Assembly (NCBI GenBank): GCA_017382615.1
Contig: JAFNZX010000220.1
Coordinates: 1 to 45,002 of the forward strand
Reading direction: 5' to 3'
DNA length: 45,002 bases
From: Clostridia bacterium
GTDB lineage: Bacteria > Bacillota > Clostridia > Oscillospirales > CAG-272
Part shown: one piece after another, positions 1 through 7,132 of the stretch
Layout: each line of letters starts with the position of its first letter
Numbering within the stretch: position 1 is the stretch's first letter
Program-made: the position numbers and the translations under genes
Notes under the pieces: generated by a model
Databases searched by the model: none
What the model saw: only the letters and a program-made list of their open reading frames with translations
What the model was told of the DNA's origin: nothing

Positions 1-425
1 GGATACAGCATCTCATCCGCGGTGGAAAGTCCCGTTTCGCTGAGCACCTTCATGTGCAGCGAACGAATGGCAACGATCCCCTTGAGCAAATCCGGCTCGC
101 CCTTGGGATCGGGCTGATGCAGCATGCCCATATAGCCCTGCCCTACCGTACGCGGCTTATTGGTGTACACACGCGGCACAAAGACCATCTTGTCCGCCAC
201 CTTCTCCTGCAATCTTGCCAGCCTGCCCACGTAATCCAGCACGGGGGCTTCGGCATCTGCGGAGCAAGGTCCTACGACCAGCAGCAGCTTATCGCTCTTG
301 CCGGCAAAAATATCCTTGATCTGCACATCGCGCTGCGACTTGATGGCTGCCGTTTCGTCGGTCAGAGGGTACAATTCCTTAATATCCTTGGGAATGGGCA
401 GCTTGCGTCTGAAAACCATATTCAT
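1..425 (-). CDS. 3-deoxy-7-phosphoheptulonate (DAHP) synthase, class I; first ~141 codons only, gene runs off the window start
   Basis: My own translation of the minus strand from ATG 425..423 gives MNMVFRRKLPIPKDIKELYPLTDETAAIKSQRDVQIKDIFAGKSDKLLLVVGPCSADAEAPVLDYVGRLARLQEKVADKMVFVPRVYTNKPRTVGQGYMGMLHQPDP... The LVVGPCS and RVYTNKPRT motifs are typical of class I DAHP synthases. It is absent from the ORF track because it is truncated. Its start overlaps the upstream stop as ATGA (425..422). Confidence 0.85.
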   Translation of the reverse strand, partial: MNMVFRRKLPIPKDIKELYPLTDETAAIKSQRDVQIKDIFAGKSDKLLLVVGPCSADAEAPVLDYVGRLARLQEKVADKMVFVPRVYTNKPRTVGQGYMGMLHQPDPKGEPDLLKGIVAIRSLHMKVLSETGLSTADEMLY

Positions 426-742
426 ATGCTTGCGTCTCCTTCCGTCAAGGCAGCGTCGATCACAACGTCATCTCCAAGCAAGCGCAGCTGATACTCGCGC
501 GAAAGCTGCAGCGTGTACTGCAAAAATTGCAGATACGATTCCCTGTACTCCTTTGGTACCAAGGCACAGTTGCGCTCGATCAGGGCGCGCTCGCGCGCAC
601 CGTCAAGCACGGGCATACCCATGTCTTTTTTATAGGCAGCTACGCGCTCTACCGCCTGCATACGGCGGCAAAACAGCGCAGCCATCTCGGCATCAATACT
701 GCCGATCTCCTCTCTTGCCTGCAATAATACTTTTTCGTCCAT
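422..742 (-). CDS. chorismate mutase (AroQ-type, ~106 aa)
   Basis: Track ORF 422..832, trimmed to Met31 (ATG 742..740). The product MDEKVLLQAREEIGSIDAEMAALFCRRMQAVERVAAYKKDMGMPVLDGARERALIERN fits the AroQ pattern R-x-EID-x-ID ... K ... G-x-P-x-x-D-x-x-RE. The stop overlaps the DAHP synthase start. Confidence 0.8.
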   Translation of the reverse strand: MDEKVLLQAREEIGSIDAEMAALFCRRMQAVERVAAYKKDMGMPVLDGARERALIERNCALVPKEYRESYLQFLQYTLQLSREYQLRLLGDDVVIDAALTEGDASI

Positions 743-752
743 ATCCGTCCTC

Positions 753-1598
753 TTATTGTCCCCCGATCGCCTGCACCGCTGCGCGAATGTCCCCATGCGC
801 GTCCAGTGCCTGCTCGGCAGTCTGCGCGTCACACCCCGTCAGCTCGCAAATGATGCGGATGCAGCGCAGCCTCAGCTTTTGGTTTGTGGGGCGCACGTTG
901 ATCATGAGATTGCCCATGACCTTGCCCGTTTTAATCATCGCGCCCGTGGAAAGCATATTGAGCACCAGCTTTTGCGCCGTGCCAGCCTTGAGCCTTGACG
1001 AGCCGGTAATGACCTCCGCGCCCACGACGGGGGCAATGGTCACCTGACAGAGCGGATGCATGCGGCTTGCGGGATTGCACGTCACGCCCACGGGAATGGC
1101 ACCCAGCTCGGCTGCCTTGGTCAATGCGCCCAGCACGTAGGGCGCACCGCCCGATGCCGAAAGCCCGACCACCACGTCACCCGCGCACACGCCGTCCGCA
1201 ATCAGATCGGCAGCGCCGCGCTCAAAATTGTCCTCCGCGCCCTCGGACGCGCGGAACATAGCGTCCTCACCGCCCGCAATAATACCGCGCACCAAGCGAT
1301 AATCCACGCCAAACGTAGGCGGGCACTCGGAAGCATCCAGCACGCCCAGTCGCCCGGACGTTCCCGCACCTACGTAAACAAGATGTCCCCCCGATGCAAG
1401 CGCAGCCGCGATGACGTCGATTGCCTTGGCAATATGCTCCGCCTCTGCTGCCACTGCGTCCTCTACGACGCGGTTTTCCTCTGCCATAAGCTTGACCATA
1501 TCCAGCGTAGGCAGCTTGTCTATTTCGGTCGTGCGCGCGTTACGCGCCTCGGTATTGAGCCTTTGATAATCGGGGCGAACGTTACTTACATGACTCAT
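753..1598 (-). CDS. murQ: N-acetylmuramic acid 6-phosphate etherase
   Basis: 281 aa. The SIS-domain signature VYVGAGTSGRLGVLDASECPPTFG and the tail KLRLRCIRII...AEQAL are characteristic of MurQ. The AAGGAG RBS overlaps the stop of the upstream gene. Confidence 0.92.
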   Translation of the reverse strand: MSHVSNVRPDYQRLNTEARNARTTEIDKLPTLDMVKLMAEENRVVEDAVAAEAEHIAKAIDVIAAALASGGHLVYVGAGTSGRLGVLDASECPPTFGVDYRLVRGIIAGGEDAMFRASEGAEDNFERGAADLIADGVCAGDVVVGLSASGGAPYVLGALTKAAELGAIPVGVTCNPASRMHPLCQVTIAPVVGAEVITGSSRLKAGTAQKLVLNMLSTGAMIKTGKVMGNLMINVRPTNQKLRLRCIRIICELTGCDAQTAEQALDAHGDIRAAVQAIGGQ

Positions 1599-1607
1599 GA
1601 TAACTCC

Positions 1608-2432
1608 TTAATCCTTGGGAATAAACCCTTCAAAAATGATGCCCTCACCGCTTTCGGGAGAAGGAATCTGATCCTGCGCACGTACGGTCCACACGTAAGA
1701 GGGGGCACGGAACAAGTGCTTGCCAATCAAAAACGAGGGATTGCGCGCGCTATCCTGCCCACGCGCCAAAAAGTGCGGGCGCGCAAGCACGTTGGTAAGC
1801 AGAGCGGTAATCAGATAGTAGACCGCCTTTTTGTACCCTTTACCGCCATTGAGATTGCAGAACAGCTGTCCGCGCACCACGTCGGGGCGGTGCTTTTTGT
1901 ACCAGCGCACCAAGAGCGGATTGAAGGATTCCACCATGTAGTCACCCTTGTACGCAGACAGAATTTCGTTTGCTACGGGGCACAGTGCCGTTGAGACATC
2001 CTCCCCCTTGAGCTCGACTAACAGCGGTACACGCCCGTCCACAAGCGCAAGCATCTCCTGCAGGGTGGGAATCTGCTGATCCGTTCCCTTCAATCTCAGC
2101 TCGCGAAGCTCTGCCAAGGTTTTTTGCTCGATCTTTCCCTCCACGCCGCACATGCGCGTCAGCGTGTCGTCGTGGAATACCACCACGTGACCGTCGCTCG
2201 TCTTATGAATATCAAACTCAATGCCGTAGCCCGCATCCACCGCCTTTTTAAAAGCGGCAAGGGAATTTTCGGGCGAATCCGCATCCCACAGCCCACGGTG
2301 GGCAAATTTTTTGCCGTATTTTGCCATGTTCACGCCCTTAACGGACGCAGGCTTGATCATGTAAAGATAAATGACAGCGGTAAGCAGCAGCACACCGCCT
2401 GCAATACAAAGTACCCATACGTAAGGAGGCAT
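1608..2432 (-). CDS. membrane-anchored glycerophosphodiester phosphodiesterase (GDPD) family protein
   Basis: Track ORF 1608..2522, trimmed to Met31 (ATG 2432..2430, preceded by GGGGAGG). It has an N-terminal TM helix (PPYVWVLCIAGGVLLLTAVIYLYMI). The GDPD motifs follow: FAHRGLW..PENSLAAF...GIEFDIHKTSDGHVVVFHDDTLTR. Confidence 0.85.
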   Translation of the reverse strand: MPPYVWVLCIAGGVLLLTAVIYLYMIKPASVKGVNMAKYGKKFAHRGLWDADSPENSLAAFKKAVDAGYGIEFDIHKTSDGHVVVFHDDTLTRMCGVEGKIEQKTLAELRELRLKGTDQQIPTLQEMLALVDGRVPLLVELKGEDVSTALCPVANEILSAYKGDYMVESFNPLLVRWYKKHRPDVVRGQLFCNLNGGKGYKKAVYYLITALLTNVLARPHFLARGQDSARNPSFLIGKHLFRAPSYVWTVRAQDQIPSPESGEGIIFEGFIPKD

Positions 2433-2434
2433 AC

Positions 2435-2989
2435 TCAAACCTCCCCTGCACGGCGCAGCTTTTCGAATTTTGCGCGCAGCACGCATGCCTGCGTTTTGGA
2501 ATCGGGTACCTCTCCGCGGCAAATACGATCAACAAGCTCATCAAGCGGAATGCGCTCCACCTCAATAAACTTGTCCTCGTCAAGATCGGTCTCGCCAAAA
2601 CGCAAGCCCTCTGCCATGTACATATGAATGACCTCGTCGATCAGTGCAGGCGTGGTGTACAAGGGCCCAAGATAGGTCAGCTTATCGCAAGAAGCACCCG
2701 TTTCCTCACGCAGCTCACGCAAAGCCGCCTCGGTAGGGTCTTCATCGGGCGCATCCAGCTTGCCCGCGGGAATTTCCAGCACCATCTTGCGGTGCGCGTA
2801 TCTGTATTGCTTGACGCAAATGACCTCGTCCTCGTCGGTCAGGGGCACGATGCAGACAGCACCTACGTGCTTGCAGTATTCGCGAAAGCCCGTTTTGCCG
2901 TCGGGCAGCAAAATATCGTCACGGTACAGGTGCAGCACCTTGCCGTCAAAGATCAGTTCGCTGTGTAATTGCTTTTCGGTATAATCCAT
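2435..2989 (-). CDS. nudF: NUDIX hydrolase, ADP-ribose pyrophosphatase type
   Basis: This is the C-terminal 184 aa of track ORF 2435..3730, starting at MDYTEKQL (ATG 2989..2987). It carries a Nudix box, GKLDAPDEDPTEAALRELREETG. The remaining N-terminal part of the track ORF is antisense to tcdA and is rejected. Confidence 0.85.
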   Translation of the reverse strand: MDYTEKQLHSELIFDGKVLHLYRDDILLPDGKTGFREYCKHVGAVCIVPLTDEDEVICVKQYRYAHRKMVLEIPAGKLDAPDEDPTEAALRELREETGASCDKLTYLGPLYTTPALIDEVIHMYMAEGLRFGETDLDEDKFIEVERIPLDELVDRICRGEVPDSKTQACVLRAKFEKLRRAGEV

Positions 2990-3019
2990 GGTATCTCTCC
3001 CATCTTTATAATCAATATT

Positions 3020-3048
3020 ATTATACATGATATTACAAAATTTGTAAA
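3020..3048 (-). promoter_or_regulatory. SigA-type promoter for the nudF-GDPD-murQ-CM-DAHPS operon
   Basis: The minus strand reads TTTACA, a 17 nt spacer, then TATAAT. This lies about 30 nt upstream of the nudF ATG. Confidence 0.6.
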
Positions 3049-3052
3049 GGGC

Positions 3053-3081
3053 TTGCGAGAAAGAAAAAAATGTGATACAAT
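3053..3081 (+). promoter_or_regulatory. SigA-type promoter for tcdA
   Basis: TTGCGA (3053-3058), a 17 nt spacer, then TACAAT (3076-3081), with a TG at the extended -10 position (tgTGaTACAAT). Confidence 0.55.
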
Positions 3082-3109
3082 AGAAGCACAAATTCTGCGA
3101 GGTGACAAA

Positions 3110-3826
3110 ATGGATTTTGGACAGCATACGCGCTCCGTACCTCTGCTTGGCGAGGACGGACTTGAAAAATTGCAAAACGCAAAGGTCGCCGTGTTTGGCA
3201 TTGGCGGCGTGGGAGGACATTTGTGCGAAGCACTTGCACGCGCAGGCGTGGGGGAGCTGCATCTGTTTGACAAGGACACCGTGTCCTTGACCAATATCAA
3301 CCGCCAGGCGGTCGCGCTGCATTCTACCGTTGGGCAGCCCAAGGTGGAGGTCATGCGCGCGCGCATTGCAGATATTAACCCCGATTGTCGCGTGGTAACG
3401 CACGAGATATTCTATATGCCCGAGAATGCGGATGATTACGATCTTACCGCATACGACTATATCGCTGACGCCATTGACACCATCAGTGCCAAGGTGGAGC
3501 TGATCTGCCGCGCCAAGGCAGCAGACACACCCATCATTTCGGCAATGGGCGCAGGCAACAAGCTTGACCCTTCGGCATTCCGCATAGCAGATCTCTCTAA
3601 AACGCAGGTATGCCCACTTGCCAAGATCATGCGCCGCGAGCTGGGCGCACGCGGCATCAAGCACCTCTGCGTTGTCTATTCCGAGGAAAAGCCGCAGCCC
3701 TCGCGTCTGCCCGCAGAGTACGGTAAGCACGTCCCCGCCTCACTCTCCTTCGTCCCCTCTGCCATGGGACTTATCATGGCAGGCAAGATCGTGCGCGACC
3801 TTACGGGCGTGCTGGCGCAATTTTAG
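3110..3826 (+). CDS. tcdA: tRNA threonylcarbamoyladenosine dehydratase (ThiF/E1-like)
   Basis: Track ORF 2969..3826, trimmed to MDFGQ (ATG 3110). It contains VAVFGIGGVGGHLCEALARAGVGELHLFDKDTVSLTNINRQ and CPLAKIMRRELG, typical of TcdA/CsdL. Confidence 0.88.
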   Translation: MDFGQHTRSVPLLGEDGLEKLQNAKVAVFGIGGVGGHLCEALARAGVGELHLFDKDTVSLTNINRQAVALHSTVGQPKVEVMRARIADINPDCRVVTHEIFYMPENADDYDLTAYDYIADAIDTISAKVELICRAKAADTPIISAMGAGNKLDPSAFRIADLSKTQVCPLAKIMRRELGARGIKHLCVVYSEEKPQPSRLPAEYGKHVPASLSFVPSAMGLIMAGKIVRDLTGVLAQF

Positions 3827-3894
3827 GGCAGGATTTGACCGCACCCAACAAGCGATATTTTTCCGGCAAGCACAGCAGTATACATGCAGAACGA

Positions 3895-3931
3895 GGCTGA
3901 GTCCATTGGATTCAGCCCCGTTTTCTTTATT
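3895..3931 (+). terminator. rho-independent terminator after tcdA (may also serve the convergent TIR gene)
   Basis: The stem ggctgagtcc (3895-3904) pairs with ggattcagcc (3908-3917) with one G-U pair. A T-rich tail, ccgttttctttatt, follows. Confidence 0.6.
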
Positions 3932-3950
3932 CCGTTTTCTTTATTCCGTT
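3918..3950. repeat. 14-bp tandem direct repeat (2.4 copies) spanning the stop codon of the TIR-LRR gene
   Basis: ccgttttctttatt occurs at 3918-3931 and again at 3932-3945, followed by ccgtt at 3946-3950. The stop codon (3941-3943) lies in copy 2. Confidence 0.9.
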
Positions 3951-5716
3951 ATCTTCACGCGCGGACATCCCTCAAAGGAATCCTTGGCAATAAAGCGAAC
4001 GCTCTTGGGAATGATCACCTTGCGCAGCATTTTACAGTGTGAAAACGCCTGGTGATCGATCATGCCGATACCAAACTTCAAATTCAGCGTGCTTAACGAC
4101 GTGCAATTCATAAACGCCTGGCGGGAAATTGACTCCATGCTATCTCCCATATTTACCTCGATCAGGTTCAGGCAGTTGCGGAATGCCCCCGCACCGATGC
4201 GAGTAACACTATCCGAGAAATTCAATTGAGAAATGGAGAGGTTGCCTTCAAAAGCATAGTCTCCGATTGATTTGATGTATGTCGTCGTAGGCAACTGGGC
4301 ATCTGCAGCAGCACTGATCAGACAATGGTCAACCTTATCTACAAGGCAGCCCGCATGCATCACGTAAACGGGATGCTGTGCATGCACGGTCACACCGCCA
4401 CAGTTATTGAAGGCAGCCGCGCCAATGTGCGTCACCGTCGATCCAACGCTGAATACAGCACGCCTGCAATCAAAGAAAGCAAACGCACCGATGTGCATCA
4501 GCGTCTTAGGGAAAATCACCTTTTCCAGCAAATGACACCCCTGGAACGCAGCAGTTTCTATATGCGTCAATCCCTCGTGGAAAATCACCTTCTCTAAGTT
4601 GACACAATCCAAAAAAGCATTGGGTCCAACCTTCTCTACAGTGGGAGGAAGCACCACGCAATGCAGGTTTTTATTCTTGGCAAATACACCGCTTCCGATT
4701 TCCTTGACACCGTACGGCACAACCGCAATTCCCTCTTCCTTGCGGCTGGGTCGGTATCCTGTCAGCTCACCCAAAACAATCTTAAAGCCCTTGATGTTGT
4801 TCTGCGCAAAATTGCGCTCGTACGTATTGCGCACCTCTTGCGCCAATGCTTGACGAGCAAGCTGCTGCACCGTCTGTCCCTCGTCAGCCTTGTTGATCGG
4901 CACGGGCTTTTTCTGTGCAGTCATGGTTGGCTTGGGCGCAGGCTTTGTGGCAACCGTTGGCTTGGGTGCCGAGGTGATCGGCTTAGTTACAGTCATAGCA
5001 GGCCTGGGCTGGGCTGTGGACGGAGCGGTAGGCGTTACAACCGAATTGGAGGCAAGCGGCGCAGCGACCGGAGCGTCGGTCGTAGATGCGGGCGCTTGGG
5101 GGGCAGACGCCTCCGGCTTGGTTGCGGCGTTTGCCTGATATCCCGGCATCAATTTTTCAATATACTCCGGCGGCAGCGTGCCAAGCAACTGCATCAGCAT
5201 CTCGGGAGAAAGTTCGGAAGATATGCCGGGCGCACTTGGTGCAGCAGCCTCAGGCGTGCTGACGGGCTGCGTCTTTTCGGGCGCGGTTTTCTTTGCCTTT
5301 TCCTCCTTGGGGGCAACGGGTGCTACAGCGGGATGACGCAAACGCACCGTCCGCAGCAGCTCATGACAAGCAGGCTCGAAATTTTGATATGCCTCAATGC
5401 GCTGGTTATTTGAAATCACAAAGTCAATCGCGTCAATCAGCTCAGAGTCGTCGACGTGGAAAGGAAGTATGTACTTATCAAACTTGACTGCACGGTCAAT
5501 CTCCTTTTGCACCCACTGGGACTTTTGGGATGCCTCGGAGACAATCAGTATAAACAGATCACACTTACGGATTGCCGTAGGGATCTCGGACATATAGTTA
5601 CTGCCCGCAGAAATCGATTCGGGAGCCATCCAACAAGGATAGTTATTCTCCTCCAAAAGTGCCCTGATCTTTTTTGCAATATCGTATTCTTCACTCTTAT
5701 AACTGATAAAGACCAT
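3941..5716 (-). CDS. cytosolic TIR-domain protein with Pro/Ala/Thr-rich linker and C-terminal BspA-type leucine-rich repeats (591 aa)
   Basis: Track ORF 3941..5737, trimmed to MVFISYK (ATG 5716..5714, GGAGGA 5 nt upstream). The TIR_2-like N-terminus reads FISYKSEEYDIAKKI...CDLFILIVSEASQKSQWVQKEIDRA...ILPF. A ~170-aa low-complexity P/A/T/K linker follows. The C-terminus has about 10 repeats of the LRR_5 pattern (I..xAFxxCxxLxxVxxP). There is no signal peptide and no TM segment. Confidence 0.85.
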   Translation of the reverse strand: MVFISYKSEEYDIAKKIRALLEENNYPCWMAPESISAGSNYMSEIPTAIRKCDLFILIVSEASQKSQWVQKEIDRAVKFDKYILPFHVDDSELIDAIDFVISNNQRIEAYQNFEPACHELLRTVRLRHPAVAPVAPKEEKAKKTAPEKTQPVSTPEAAAPSAPGISSELSPEMLMQLLGTLPPEYIEKLMPGYQANAATKPEASAPQAPASTTDAPVAAPLASNSVVTPTAPSTAQPRPAMTVTKPITSAPKPTVATKPAPKPTMTAQKKPVPINKADEGQTVQQLARQALAQEVRNTYERNFAQNNIKGFKIVLGELTGYRPSRKEEGIAVVPYGVKEIGSGVFAKNKNLHCVVLPPTVEKVGPNAFLDCVNLEKVIFHEGLTHIETAAFQGCHLLEKVIFPKTLMHIGAFAFFDCRRAVFSVGSTVTHIGAAAFNNCGGVTVHAQHPVYVMHAGCLVDKVDHCLISAAADAQLPTTTYIKSIGDYAFEGNLSISQLNFSDSVTRIGAGAFRNCLNLIEVNMGDSMESISRQAFMNCTSLSTLNLKFGIGMIDHQAFSHCKMLRKVIIPKSVRFIAKDSFEGCPRVKITE

Positions 5717-5764
5717 GTTTTCCTCCAAGCCGCTCACATCTTATAAAATAATACCACATCTTAT

Positions 5765-5793
5765 ATTATATAACACGATTCTGCATTTGTCAA
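5765..5793 (-). promoter_or_regulatory. perfect consensus SigA promoter for the TIR-LRR gene
   Basis: The minus strand reads TTGACA (5793..5788), the 17 nt spacer aatgcagaatcgtgtta, then TATAAT (5770..5765). This lies about 50 nt upstream of the start codon. Confidence 0.75.
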
Positions 5794-5874
5794 CCGCGAA
5801 AGATCTTTTTCTGTCACAAAAAAGTCAAAAATTCGTCAAAAAAGATAACGCATTGCACCATATAAATACAAATC

Positions 5875-5912
5875 CGGACACATCGCCCTGCGGATGCAGG
5901 ATGATGTGTCCG
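5875..5912 (-). terminator. terminator hairpin after the 5964..6782 lipoprotein gene
   Basis: cggacacatc (5875-5884) pairs with gatgtgtccg (5903-5912). On the minus strand the hairpin is followed by atttgtattt. Confidence 0.6.
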
Positions 5913-5963
5913 TAAATTGTTATGTGATTTTTATACTGTCGCCAAGGTGTATCCGGGAAGGGA

Positions 5964-6782
5964 TTACTTCCAATCGGGTACCCAGGAGTGGTCTGCGATG
6001 ACTTCGGAATACAGTACGCCGGGAACCTCGCAGCGGATACCGTAGCGAGAGCCGCCGCTCCAGTCATCATCGTAGTAGTAGATCAGGCATTCGTCGTTTG
6101 CGTAGCAGTCAATAGAGCCTTCACCGTCAAGCTCAACGGAAATGGTGATCATATCGCCGTGCTGATAGTTTTCGATCGGTGCGGAAACCTGCAGCTCGGT
6201 CCAGGGCTCGCCGTCGTAGCCTACCTTAGCGAGATACAGCGTAGCGTCATCGGATACGAACAGGAAGTAGTAGGTGGGGCCATCCTCCCAGAAATAATAC
6301 TGCTCGTTGACGTCCTCCTCCATACCGAAGATAATGCCGTTATCATTGATATACTGAGCGGGTGCAGTAAAGGTTGCGGTGATCTTACCGCTTGCCAGTC
6401 TGTCGTTGGTAACGATAAACATGCTGTTTTCCTTCGTAGACAGCGCGCAAGCATCCTCCAGGTTGAACTCACCGGAAGCGTGATAGCCGTGCAGAATTCT
6501 GTCGTCCAGGGGGTTGATGACGGGGGCGTCAAGTACGTCGTAAGGAGCGTTCTCGGGCTCAGTCCATGCTACCGTGGTTTGCTCGGAGGTTTCGGGAATG
6601 GTGACCTCCTCTTCGGTCGTAGGCTCCTCAGTAGGTGCCTCGGTGGGAGCTTCGGTGGTGGTTTCGGGTGCTTCGGTTGTCACATCCGCTTCGGTAGTGG
6701 TTTGTTCAGGGGTCTTGGAATCGCAGCAAGCAAACGCAGCTACCATCACAATCGCCATCATTAAAACAAGAAAGCGTTTCAT
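5964..6782 (-). CDS. lipoprotein with Thr/Glu/Pro linker and ConA/LamG-like (DUF1080-like) jelly-roll domain
   Basis: Track ORF 5964..6890, trimmed to MKRFLVLMMAIVMVAAFACC (ATG 6782..6780, GGAGGA upstream). It has a signal peptide followed by Cys, then a TEAPETTTEAPTEAPTEEPTTEEE linker. The beta-rich C-terminal domain (YYFLFVSDDATLYLAKVGYDGEPW...ITISVELDGEGSIDCYANDE) has only a tentative fold assignment. Confidence 0.7.
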   Translation of the reverse strand: MKRFLVLMMAIVMVAAFACCDSKTPEQTTTEADVTTEAPETTTEAPTEAPTEEPTTEEEVTIPETSEQTTVAWTEPENAPYDVLDAPVINPLDDRILHGYHASGEFNLEDACALSTKENSMFIVTNDRLASGKITATFTAPAQYINDNGIIFGMEEDVNEQYYFWEDGPTYYFLFVSDDATLYLAKVGYDGEPWTELQVSAPIENYQHGDMITISVELDGEGSIDCYANDECLIYYYDDDWSGGSRYGIRCEVPGVLYSEVIADHSWVPDWK

Positions 6783-6861
6783 CGTGTTTGTTCCTCCGTA
6801 ATGAAAAATAAATGTGTCCCAAGATACGCGCATAACTGCGAGATCTTGTCTTGATTTATTT

Positions 6862-6890
6862 ATTTTAGCACACTTTCCCAAAATCGTCAA
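6862..6890 (-). promoter_or_regulatory. SigA-type promoter for the 5964..6782 lipoprotein gene
   Basis: The minus strand reads TTGACG, a 17 nt spacer, then TAAAAT, with an extended -10 TG (gTGcTAAAAT). Confidence 0.6.
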
Positions 6891-6909
6891 TAGTTTTTTA
6901 AAATTCTTA

Positions 6910-6938
6910 TTGCAATTGTGTCAAATTTATGGTATACT
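6910..6938 (+). promoter_or_regulatory. SigA-type promoter for the GH43 gene (implies a ~190-nt leader)
   Basis: TTGCAA (6910-6915), a 17 nt spacer, then TATACT (6933-6938). Confidence 0.5.
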
Positions 6939-7132
6939 GAACTCCTACGAGCATTTGCCGCACAAGACCGAACAAAATCGCCCCCCCGGGCAACAGGTTA
7001 GCATTTTCGGCGAGCTCTTATGCGCAAGGACGTGTTCTTGCTTCACGCTATCCCAATCCATCAAACAAATATTTGTCCCCGGAGCGACTTTTTTTGACCT
7101 CCGTGTGGCTATTTCAGGTACGGTAATCTATT

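Noticed and set aside
298-1047. Plus-strand ORFs 54..491 and 298..1047, opposite the DAHP synthase, chorismate mutase and murQ genes.
   Set aside because: These are shadow ORFs with Arg/Ser/Ala/Cys-rich nonsense composition. The minus-strand genes have clear family motifs.
2435-3730. A 431-aa ORF on the minus strand spanning nudF and the antisense strand of tcdA.
   Set aside because: - Only the C-terminal 184 aa, from MDYTEKQ (ATG 2989), look like a NUDIX protein. That start is preceded by an RBS and a promoter.
- The N-terminal 247 aa are the shadow of the well-supported tcdA gene.
2435-5716. A functional link between the NUDIX ADP-ribose pyrophosphatase and the TIR gene, with the NUDIX enzyme clearing TIR-derived nucleotides.
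   Set aside because: - The NUDIX gene is the first gene of a separate housekeeping operon with its own promoter.
- It is separated from the TIR gene by tcdA and a terminator, and it has typical host GC content.
- The proximity is probably coincidental.
6945-7132. The ~190-nt leader upstream of the GH43 gene as a riboswitch or attenuator. It contains a C7 tract at ~6979-6985, a small hairpin gcaagga-cgtg-ttcttgc at about 7023-7040, and a T7 run at ~7086-7092.
   Set aside because: - I could not fold it by eye into any known riboswitch class.
- The T-run is not preceded by a convincing stem.
- The promoter call that implies the long leader is itself only moderate. The region needs covariance-model scanning (Rfam) before any claim.
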